Positions 17,042 to 24,208 of a stretch of DNA of 36,432 nucleotides are shown piece by piece. Positions within the stretch are counted from its first letter, which is position 1. Each line of letters opens with the position of its first letter. The notes beneath the pieces were generated by a model. That model saw only the letters and a program-made list of their open reading frames with translations. It searched no databases and was not told where the DNA came from. The DNA is from Actinomycetes bacterium (GTDB lineage Bacteria; Actinomycetota; Coriobacteriia; Coriobacteriales; JAEZXW01). Made by a program: the position numbers and the translations under genes. The stretch lies in NCBI GenBank assembly GCA_023419515.1, contig JAEZXW010000060.1, forward strand, positions 1-36,432, given 5' to 3'.

Positions 17042-19648
17042 ATGAAGCTATCTCGTCGTGAGTTTGTGCGACAGAGCGCGGTAGCTGCGGCTCTGGTGGC
17101 TGCTGGCATGTCGATCAGCGGCTGCGGTAAGCAAGGATCTCAAGCTTCGTCTGCACCTGCCCAAGACGACACAGAGATCACTTGGAAAAAGAGTGTGTGT
17201 CGTTATTGCGGTGTCGGCTGCGGCATGATGGTCGGTGTCAAGGAAGGCAAGGTTGTTGCCGTGGTTGGCGACAGCCTTAACGAGTCTTCACAAGGTTACA
17301 ACTGCGTCAAGGGCTTTCATCTTGCTAAGGTACTCTATTCCAAGGAGCGTCTCACCAAACCGTTGATTCGCGACGATGCATCAACCAAGGGAAGCTTTGA
17401 GGGCTTGCGCGAGGCAAGCTGGGACGAGGCGCTTGACTTAGTGGCGGCAAAACTCAAGGAGACCTGGAAAAACGATAAGTCTCGCCTGGCATTTTGGGGC
17501 TCAGGTCAGATGACCATCTCCGAGGGCTACGTCATGTCCAAGTTTTGGAAGGCAGGCTTGCGCTCCAATAACATCGACCCCAATGCGCGTCTGTGCATGG
17601 CATCGGCGGTTGTTGCGCTGGTGGATCAGTTTCAAACTGATGAGCCGGCGGGTAGTTATGCCGACCTCGATCACGCCGATGTGTATGTGACCTGGGGTGC
17701 CAATATGGCCGAGGCTCACCCGGTGCTTTTTGCCCGCATGGCTCGCCATCGCCTTGAGCATCCTGAGGTTGAGCATTTTGATCTAGGTACGCAGTACACG
17801 CGCACCTCAAAGAAAGCGACTGACTACCTTGAGTTTAGACCTCAGACCGATATCGCGATCGCCAATGCAATTGCACGCTATCTGGTGACCGAGCAAAAGT
17901 ATTCACAGGATTTTGTCGATAAACACGTGCAATTTAAGGCAGGCACCGAAAACCTCGGCCATGCCTATAAGGATGACTACGACGCGACCGACGGCAAGGA
18001 TGCCGGCAAAACCTGGTCAATTAGCTTTGAGGAATATGCGGCCATGCTTGAGCCCTATTCCTTTGAATATGTCTCTGAGCTTTCTGGAGTGCCCGTTGAG
18101 AAGCTTGAGCGTTTAGCTCAGGCCTTTGCTGACCCCAATAAAAAGGTCGTGTCGCTCTGGACGATGGGTGTTAACCAGCACTCACGCGGCACGTGGATGA
18201 ACAACTGCATCTACAATCTGCATTTGCTCACGGGTAAGTTTGGCACCCCGGGTAACGCGGCGTTTTCGCTCACCGGACAGCCGTCTGCGTGCGGCACAGC
18301 TCGCGAGGTTGGCTTATTTAGCCATCGTTTACCAGCGGATTTGGTCGTGGCAAACGAACATCACCGCCGCTTTACCGAAGCAGTGTGGGGCTTGACGGAA
18401 GGTTATCTCGACGAGATTCAAAAGCCTGGCTATCACACGGTCAAGATCTTTAGGGAGCTTTCAAAGGGCGGCATCGATTTCTTGTGGACGTCGACCGTGA
18501 ACTTTGCTCAGTCTATGCCAAACTTGACGCGCTTTTTGGGTAAGGATCCAGCTTACCAGGGCGTTAACCAGGCATTTATTGTCGTAAATGACGTCTTTGC
18601 AACTGAGTCTGCCAAGTATGCCGATGTCGTGTTACCTGCGGCGTTTTGGGTTGAGCGCGAGGGTCAGTTTGGTAATGCTGAGCGTCGTACGGCTATCTTT
18701 GAAAAGGCAGTTGAGCCGCAAGGGGAGAGCAAGGCAGATATGCGTATCTACCTTGAGGTTGCCAGGCGCGTACTATCCGATGAGCCTGCTGCCCTGCGCG
18801 CGACTGTGGGTGCAAGCGCCGATCAGCCTGCCCCAGCCAACCTGTTCGACCAGCTCTTTGGCTTTGTTTGGGATAAAGATGCAGATGCTCCGCTCGCTGA
18901 TGACAGGGAGCTTAGTCGTAAACTCTTTGAGGAGTATCGCATCTTCTCTAACCCTGAACTTAATGATGAGGCTTTTCAGATTCATGAGGACACGGCAAAA
19001 GTCTATGGTTCGGGCTTAAAGTTACACGCCAAGCGCATGGCTCCCTATGACGTTTATCTTGAACGTCATGGTTTGTCGTGGCCGGTGCAAGAAGTTGATG
19101 GTGAGTGGCTCCAGACGCGCTGGCGGTTTGGTGCAGGCTCGCAAAAAGACGGTTTTGACGAGCTTAACCTTCAAGAGTATGGACCTGCACCTGAGGGTGA
19201 ATCGGTGTATCTTTACAAGACCAAGGATCACAAGGCATCGATCATCTTCAGGCCGTATGAGGCGCCAGCAGAAGAGCCTGATGATGAGTATCCGTTCTGG
19301 TTAGGAACAGGTCGCTTGCTTGAGCACTGGCATACCGGATCGATGACGCGCCAGGTCAGTCAGCTTAACGATGCATTACCTGAGGCATATTGCTACCTCA
19401 ACATTAAAGATGCGAAGAAGTTGGAGTTGAAAAATGGTGATCGAATCGAACTTGTTTCGCGTCACGGAAGCTGTGAGATTTCAGCACGCATCGATGAGCG
19501 TGTAATACCACAAGAAGGAGCACTCTTCGTGCCGTTCTTTGACGAGAATCATCTGATTAACCTCGTGGTGCACGACTATTACTGCCCGCTTTCAAAGGAA
19601 CCTGATTTTAAGAAGACCTGCGTTGCTATCAAGAAAGTAGGTGCATAA
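17042..19648 (+). CDS. napA: periplasmic-type nitrate reductase catalytic subunit NapA (Mo-bisPGD, Tat signal plus lipobox)
   Basis: MKLSRREFVRQSAVAAALVAAGMSISGC (twin-Arg, then ISGC lipobox). CRYCGVGCG...C is the 4Fe-4S motif. GSGQMTISEGY...RSNNIDPNARLCMASAV carries the Mo-ligand Cys context. WTMGVNQHSRGTWMNNCIYNLHLLTGKFGTPGNAAFSLTGQPSACGTAREVGLFSHRLPADLVV is close to the proteobacterial NapA pattern as I recall it. AAAGGAGGG Shine-Dalgarno precedes ATG 17042. Confidence 0.9.
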   Translation: MKLSRREFVRQSAVAAALVAAGMSISGCGKQGSQASSAPAQDDTEITWKKSVCRYCGVGCGMMVGVKEGKVVAVVGDSLNESSQGYNCVKGFHLAKVLYSKERLTKPLIRDDASTKGSFEGLREASWDEALDLVAAKLKETWKNDKSRLAFWGSGQMTISEGYVMSKFWKAGLRSNNIDPNARLCMASAVVALVDQFQTDEPAGSYADLDHADVYVTWGANMAEAHPVLFARMARHRLEHPEVEHFDLGTQYTRTSKKATDYLEFRPQTDIAIANAIARYLVTEQKYSQDFVDKHVQFKAGTENLGHAYKDDYDATDGKDAGKTWSISFEEYAAMLEPYSFEYVSELSGVPVEKLERLAQAFADPNKKVVSLWTMGVNQHSRGTWMNNCIYNLHLLTGKFGTPGNAAFSLTGQPSACGTAREVGLFSHRLPADLVVANEHHRRFTEAVWGLTEGYLDEIQKPGYHTVKIFRELSKGGIDFLWTSTVNFAQSMPNLTRFLGKDPAYQGVNQAFIVVNDVFATESAKYADVVLPAAFWVEREGQFGNAERRTAIFEKAVEPQGESKADMRIYLEVARRVLSDEPAALRATVGASADQPAPANLFDQLFGFVWDKDADAPLADDRELSRKLFEEYRIFSNPELNDEAFQIHEDTAKVYGSGLKLHAKRMAPYDVYLERHGLSWPVQEVDGEWLQTRWRFGAGSQKDGFDELNLQEYGPAPEGESVYLYKTKDHKASIIFRPYEAPAEEPDDEYPFWLGTGRLLEHWHTGSMTRQVSQLNDALPEAYCYLNIKDAKKLELKNGDRIELVSRHGSCEISARIDERVIPQEGALFVPFFDENHLINLVVHDYYCPLSKEPDFKKTCVAIKKVGA

Positions 19649-19651
19649 GCC

Positions 19652-20101
19652 ATGAAAAAGCATCAATTTAAGTGGGTTATTAATGCGTGTGCGCTGAGCG
19701 CCTGCGTGTTTGTGGTGGCTGCGCTCAATGGATGCACGGGTGCTGCTGGTGGGGAGCACTATGGCCCTAACGTGATTGGCGAGCAGTCGCAAAGCGCTGT
19801 GTCAAATGATGACTGGGCAAAGAAGGAGGCCGAGCAAGCAAAGAATCTGGAGGTCTCAAAGCCGCCTTCAAATCAGCCTGCAAATCATGCAGGTCGTTGG
19901 GAGGCAGGGAACTACAGCTCGCTCTTGTGCATGAGGTGCCATAGTCGTGATACTGAAGAAGAATTGTTGAGGATTCCCGAGAGCCACCTGGTGAAGGACG
20001 AAAAGGGTAAGTTTGTGGTTGACCCAAGCCGCGAGCTTTGTATCAATTGTCACCCATTGGCTGAGCCTGCTGAGTCCAATTCATCAAGCAGTGATAAGTA
20101 G
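19652..20101 (+). CDS. napB: dihaem cytochrome c, NapB-like electron-transfer subunit (lipoprotein signal)
   Basis: Two CxxCH motifs (CMRCH, CINCH). Their spacing and context (CMRCHSRDTEEELLRIPESHLVKDEKGKFVVDPSRELCINCHPLAEP) parallel NapB as I recall it (CLQCH...RISPTHF...RRYFCLQCHVPQ). N-terminal signal ends in LNGC lipobox. Starts 4 nt after napA. Confidence 0.75.
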   Translation: MKKHQFKWVINACALSACVFVVAALNGCTGAAGGEHYGPNVIGEQSQSAVSNDDWAKKEAEQAKNLEVSKPPSNQPANHAGRWEAGNYSSLLCMRCHSRDTEEELLRIPESHLVKDEKGKFVVDPSRELCINCHPLAEPAESNSSSSDK

Positions 20102-20116
20102 CAGGTGAGATGCGGA

Positions 20117-20371
20117 ATGGTTATCTCGTCGTTGGTGCTGTTGCACAACGAGGTACTGAGTGAGGAAGAAGCGCAAAGCTTGGAGAGGTTTTTTGCTGAG
20201 CACCCAGAGTTTGAGGTGGTGGCAGAAGAGCCTGGCAAGAAGGTGCTATTGCTAGAATTGCCGAGTCTCAAGGAGAGTGAGGGGGCGTGCAAGGCGCTAG
20301 CGTCGCTCGAGTACGTCATGTCGCTCGACTTGATCTATACCAACTTTGAGGAGTGTTCGGATCTGGATTAG
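20117..20371 (+). CDS. napD: NapD-like Tat proofreading chaperone
   Basis: ~84 aa starting MVISSLVLL..., then KKVLLLELPS..., LASLEYVMSLDLIYTNFEE, matching the NapD pattern (M-I-SSLVV ... VLS..LVY). AGGTGA lies 8 nt before ATG 20117. GTG 20105 is an alternative start. Confidence 0.7.
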   Translation: MVISSLVLLHNEVLSEEEAQSLERFFAEHPEFEVVAEEPGKKVLLLELPSLKESEGACKALASLEYVMSLDLIYTNFEECSDLD

Positions 20372-20430
20372 CAGAGGGCGCCACGCAACGCTTTGAAGCG
20401 TGCGCCCGTAGCGAAACCACTCGCAAAAAG

Positions 20431-20465
20431 AAGCCCTCGTCACAACAGTGACGAGGGCTTTGTAC
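20431..20465 (+). terminator. terminator hairpin after napD
   Basis: AAGCCCTCGTCAC (20431-20443), AACA loop, GTGACGAGGGCTT (20448-20460): a 13-bp perfect stem followed by TGTACT, which is a weak U-tract. An A-run lies upstream, so it could act in both directions. A second GC-rich hairpin sits at 20376-20407. Confidence 0.65.
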
Positions 20466-20469
20466 TGGC

Positions 20470-20760
20470 TTGAGCGCAAGAAACATCAGTATCGAGGATT
20501 GTTTGGCATCGTTAATAAAATCTGAACCTCGATATCAAATAATTCGGCAACACTATGCGGCTTTCAAATCGGAGGCTACTTTTGTCTCACATTTCGATCC
20601 AAATAGTAAGAAAACCTCGCGACTGTGAATCGTTGCTAGCTTCATCGTCAAACATCACAGTTAGCTCACGCAACATAAGCTGCTCGTGCTCCGAGCGTAC
20701 TCGACGCTGACCTCAAGTACGCGCTCTGCCCCAACCGGCGCTCAGCATCGCACAACGTGA
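20470..20760 (+). pseudogene. possible decayed 3' part of the same DnaQ-like exonuclease gene (frameshifted)
   Basis: Stop-free frame 20470-20625 reads ...NISIEDCLASLIKSEPRYQIIRQHYAAFKSEATFVSHFDPNSKKTSRL*. Compare ...GIT-ED... and ExoII HNAxFD, here with N->Y and D->K. A shifted frame near 20700-20750 reads VLDADLKYALCPNRRSA; compare ExoIII H-x-A-L-x-D-A. These are weak motif-level matches judged by eye. Confidence 0.25.
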
Positions 20761-21006
20761 GAGGGGGTATTCATTGTCACTCATTCAGCCTACATGTATT
20801 CAAGCCACCCGTCGGCAAAACTTTTAACAATATTCCAAGTCTCCCAATTATTTAGAATAATTATTAATAATAATTGTAGCTATCTTTATAAACATTTCTA
20901 GATCGTTATATATTCGAGCATAACTTATTCAAACCTAGTAATATTTAACTGCAAAAACTAACCTAACAGGCGAAACCCTCTATCCTTGACACGCCGTTAA
21001 CTACTC

Positions 21007-21034
21007 TTGTAACCTTATCTGATATTTATATATT
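21007..21034 (+). promoter_or_regulatory. candidate sigma-70-type promoter for the ankyrin/FdrA operon
   Basis: TTGTAA (21007-21012), 16-nt spacer, TATATT (21029-21034), at the edge of the AT-rich tract and ~120 nt upstream of ATG 21154. Sequence-pattern guess only. Confidence 0.3.
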
Positions 21035-21045
21035 TTATGTTAAGT

Positions 21046-21131
21046 GCATGGAGAGAGCATGCTGCATCGCAGGCAGGGAAGCATGTGAGCAGCATGTAAA
21101 AATGCACAATGGACGCATGCAAATAGCATGC
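21046..21131. repeat. periodic GCATG array (three GCATG-N6-GCATG units)
   Basis: Perfect GCATG at 21046, 21057, 21081, 21092, 21115 and 21126. Within-pair spacing is 11 bp each time. Pair-to-pair spacing is 35 and 34 bp. Three copies are the full palindrome GCATGC. Confidence 0.85.
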
Positions 21132-21153
21132 ACGGAAAGCAAAGGAGTAGCCT

Positions 21154-21780
21154 ATGACTTCTCTCCGTAATCGTCCGCTCCCGCCACCTGTTGAGGCCTT
21201 GCATAAGGCAGCTCAGACTGGCGACATCGAGGGCATTAAGCAGGCCCTCGCTGATGGTGCGGACGTCAACGCGCAAGCGCGTGATTGGACCACCCCAATC
21301 ACCACGGCAGCCCTTGCTGGTCAACTTGAGGCTGTTGCGTACCTTACGACTGTTCCTGGCGTCGATTTGGACAGCCAGAACCAAAAATCCCTCAACCCAT
21401 TTCTCCATGGGTGCCTCACCAATAATCTTGAGCTCGTCAAGCTCATGGTCGAGGCGGGCTGTGATCTTGAGCGCCTAACCCGTATGGGTGGCAACGGTAT
21501 CACCCCAGCAGCCGAGAAGGGTCATCTCGAGGTGGTCGAGTATCTCGCTACCCAAACTGAGATCAACCCCAATCACACAAACACGCTGGGCTGGACTGCA
21601 CTTATCGAGGCCATCACCTTGAACGATGGCGGCGAGAAGCAGCAAAAGATTATCGAGCTCCTCTTGCAAGCTGGCGCTGATCCTCACATGCCTAACGAGT
21701 ACGGTACAAGCCCGCTCGAGCTTGCCCGCGAACTTGGTTACACCGAGATCGCAGAGATCCTTGTAAAGTACGGTGCATAA
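21154..21780 (+). CDS. ankyrin-repeat protein (about six repeats, no signal peptide)
   Basis: Repeated ANK consensus elements: LHKAAQTGDIEGIKQALADGADVNAQ, TPITTAALAGQLEAVAYL, GITPAAEKGHLEVVEYL, IIELLLQAGADPHMPNEYGTSPLELARELGYTEIAEILVKYGA. AAAGGAG Shine-Dalgarno precedes the ATG. Confidence 0.85.
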   Translation: MTSLRNRPLPPPVEALHKAAQTGDIEGIKQALADGADVNAQARDWTTPITTAALAGQLEAVAYLTTVPGVDLDSQNQKSLNPFLHGCLTNNLELVKLMVEAGCDLERLTRMGGNGITPAAEKGHLEVVEYLATQTEINPNHTNTLGWTALIEAITLNDGGEKQQKIIELLLQAGADPHMPNEYGTSPLELARELGYTEIAEILVKYGA

Positions 21781-21783
21781 ACC

Positions 21784-22695
21784 TTGCAAGCGCAATGGAT
21801 TGACCAAACCCTCGCACGCGTAGGCTCAGGGCATATCCATTCTGCTTACGCCTCGACCATCAATCTTATAGATGGTCAGGGCAATCTTTTCACGCTCGCA
21901 GATCCCCAGGTGGGCGCAGGTCCTCGTACGATTGTGCTCAACAAGCCGCTTTCTGCACTGAGCGCGCTTGATGATCAGATCGGCCAGGGCAATCAGAAAG
22001 CCCTCTGGCGCTGGGAAGGAGAGACCCTCTATCTTGCAGGTCTTAGTATCGATGTAAGTTCCGCGCAACCATTTAATCCATCTATCACCGATGCTCCTGT
22101 GCTGATGGCGCAGGTCAAAGCAGCTGCCGACTTGCTCGGCGAAGCCGTTCCAGCGCATATCCGCACGCATGTGCAGGCGCAGGTGGACTCGCAGGCACAC
22201 GCACAGGTGCAGCTGCATCCACAAGTGCATCACAATAAGGTGATAGACGTGGCTGCTGTCGCAGACAGTCAGGCATATCAGGCGTTTGAGCAGTATTTAC
22301 ATGGGCAACTCAGTCCTGCAGATTTTGTCTCTCGTGTGGTCGGGCTTGGGAGTGGGCTTACACCAGTGGGCGATGATCTGGTGTGCGGTGTGCTGCTTTC
22401 AGCACTTACGCCCTCGTCATTTGCGCATCCACATCGTGATGAGCTTGTGCGTGCAGTTCATACTGTGCTTGCCCAAACCCATCCAGTTTCTGCAGCGTTT
22501 CTCAAAGATGCCATTGCAGGCAAGGCACGGCAATCCGTTTTAGCGCTCAGAAATTCTCTGAGCGCTCCGCTTGAGATTGCATCACCTTTACAAGCTGTCA
22601 TTTCACTGGGTCACACGTCGGGTCAGGCCTTGGCGTGCGGCCTTATCCACCCACTATTAACTGGGAGAAAGAATGACCACACAAACACTCATTAA
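21784..22695 (+). CDS. DUF2877 (YlbF/AllH-like) protein
   Basis: Assigned mainly by position directly upstream of and overlapping fdrA, by size (~300 aa), and by a C-terminal GLGSGLTPVGDDLVCGVL...ISLGHTSG pattern of the kind I associate with YlbF-like proteins. Start is TTG 21784, 3 nt after the ank stop, with no ATG nearby. It contains a His/Gln-rich insert. Confidence 0.55.
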   Translation: MQAQWIDQTLARVGSGHIHSAYASTINLIDGQGNLFTLADPQVGAGPRTIVLNKPLSALSALDDQIGQGNQKALWRWEGETLYLAGLSIDVSSAQPFNPSITDAPVLMAQVKAAADLLGEAVPAHIRTHVQAQVDSQAHAQVQLHPQVHHNKVIDVAAVADSQAYQAFEQYLHGQLSPADFVSRVVGLGSGLTPVGDDLVCGVLLSALTPSSFAHPHRDELVRAVHTVLAQTHPVSAAFLKDAIAGKARQSVLALRNSLSAPLEIASPLQAVISLGHTSGQALACGLIHPLLTGRKNDHTNTH

Positions 22696-24208
22696 GACCA
22701 ACACCTATCTCGATTCGGTGTCGCTTATGTCGATGACGACGCGCGCCAACGAGATCCCTGGTATCACTCAGGCCTTCTTGGCGATGGGCACCCCCATGAA
22801 CAAGGAGGTTTTGGCAAACCTTGATCTTTTGACCCCCGAGGCTGAGGCTGCAACTCCTTCAGACCTCATGATTGTGGTGACTTCAGAAGGCCTTGAGCCA
22901 GAAGATGCGCTCGCTCAGGTTGAGGCTGTGCTCACGCAGACGCCAAAGACTGATGAGGATCACCAGGTTACCTATCCAAGCCTGGGTGCTGCACTTGAGG
23001 CTGAGGATGAGACAAACCTTGTCGTCATCTCAGTCAACGGTGCGTTTGCAGGCCGCGAGGCTCGCCGCGCACTCGAGGCAGGTAGGCACGTCCTCATGTT
23101 TTCTGATAACTGCCCGATTGAACAGGAGAAATCTCTCAAGGAGCTTGCTCACTCCAAAGGCTTGCTGATGATGGGCCCAGACTGCGGTACCGCGATTATC
23201 AATGGCTCGGGTCTGTGTTTTGCCAACGACGTGCGCCGCGGTCCTATCGGTATCGTGGCAGCATCAGGTACGGGCGCCCAGGAGGTTTCCGTGCGCGTGC
23301 ATGAGTTTGGCTCAGGTATCTCGCAGCTCATCGGCGTTGGTGGCCGAGACTTGAGCGCTGAGATCGGCGGCATCATGATGATCGACGGTATCAAGGCGCT
23401 TGATGCTGATGATGAGACTAAGGTCATCGTGCTTGTTTCCAAGCCAGCTCATCCTTCCGTTGAGGAGAAGGTGCTCGCAACCGCTGCTGCTTGCTCAAAA
23501 CCTGTGATTGCCTGCTTCCTCGGCTCATCTCGCAATGAGACGCAGGGCAACATCACCTTTACCTCGGGCACCAAGCCAACGGCACTCGCTGCGGTACTGG
23601 CAACGGGTATCCGTGAGGAGGATCTCGATCTGCATGCACTTAACTGGCCGCTCATCGAGGAGGTTCGTGCCCGTCTTGGTGCTGAACAGAAGTACATCCG
23701 CGGCTTGTTCTGTGGCGGTACCTTGTGCGAAGAAGCGCTGCTTGCCGCTAAGGAGAAGTTCGGCACGGTCTACTCCAACCTCTCCAAGACCCCCGAGACC
23801 AAGCTCGGCGCAGCTGATGCTTCACGCGAGCACACCTTCTGGGACCTGGGCGCAGACGAGTTTACCGATGGTCGTCCACACCCGATGATCGACCCTACGA
23901 TCCGCAATTCATTTATCGTGCGTGAGGCAAAAGATCCAGAGGTCGGCGTCATCATCCTCGACTTTGTCTTGGGTTACGGCTCACATGAAGACCCTGTTGG
24001 CGTTGCGCTTCCTGCTATTAAGGAGGCTTTCCAGATCGCTGAGAGCGAGGGTCGCCGTCTCGAGATCGTGGCTTACGTCTTGGGGACGGATCGCGATACG
24101 CCTAACGTTGCCGAGCAGTATCGCACCCTCATCGATGCCGGATGCATTGATGCTTCTTCGTCCACTAACGCGGGGCTTTTGGCTCGTGAATTCGTAGTAA
24201 AGGGATAA
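22673..24208 (+). CDS. fdrA: FdrA-family protein (succinyl-CoA-synthetase-alpha-like, AllF-like)
   Basis: N-terminus MTTQTLIKTNTYLDSVSLMSMTTRAN...LAMGTPMNKEVL parallels E. coli FdrA as I recall it (...KKGCFQDSVSLM...VMMGTPANKALL). CoA-ligase-like GPDCGTAIING and IGIVAASGTGAQEV motifs are present. GGGAGAAAG Shine-Dalgarno; start overlaps the previous gene by 23 nt. Confidence 0.85.
   Translation: MTTQTLIKTNTYLDSVSLMSMTTRANEIPGITQAFLAMGTPMNKEVLANLDLLTPEAEAATPSDLMIVVTSEGLEPEDALAQVEAVLTQTPKTDEDHQVTYPSLGAALEAEDETNLVVISVNGAFAGREARRALEAGRHVLMFSDNCPIEQEKSLKELAHSKGLLMMGPDCGTAIINGSGLCFANDVRRGPIGIVAASGTGAQEVSVRVHEFGSGISQLIGVGGRDLSAEIGGIMMIDGIKALDADDETKVIVLVSKPAHPSVEEKVLATAAACSKPVIACFLGSSRNETQGNITFTSGTKPTALAAVLATGIREEDLDLHALNWPLIEEVRARLGAEQKYIRGLFCGGTLCEEALLAAKEKFGTVYSNLSKTPETKLGAADASREHTFWDLGADEFTDGRPHPMIDPTIRNSFIVREAKDPEVGVIILDFVLGYGSHEDPVGVALPAIKEAFQIAESEGRRLEIVAYVLGTDRDTPNVAEQYRTLIDAGCIDASSSTNAGLLAREFVVKG

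Noticed and set aside
17042-19648. Alternative identity of the Mo-bisPGD enzyme as a formate dehydrogenase or selenoprotein
   Set aside because: There is no in-frame TGA. The Mo-ligand context is ...NARLCMASAV as in NapA, and it is followed by NapB-like and NapD-like genes.
20582-20710. 42-codon TTG-initiated ORF after a GGAGG (MSHISIQIVRKPRDCESLLASSSNITVSSRNISCSCSERTRR)
   Set aside because: It lies inside the putative exonuclease pseudogene remnant, has a rare start codon and shows no recognisable features. More likely a decayed frame than a gene.
21040-21408. 122-aa minus-strand ORF covering the GCATG array and the ankyrin gene 5' end
   Set aside because: It is antisense to a well-supported ankyrin CDS. 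Its N-terminal part is simply the translation of the repeated GCATG DNA (MH/CM-rich).
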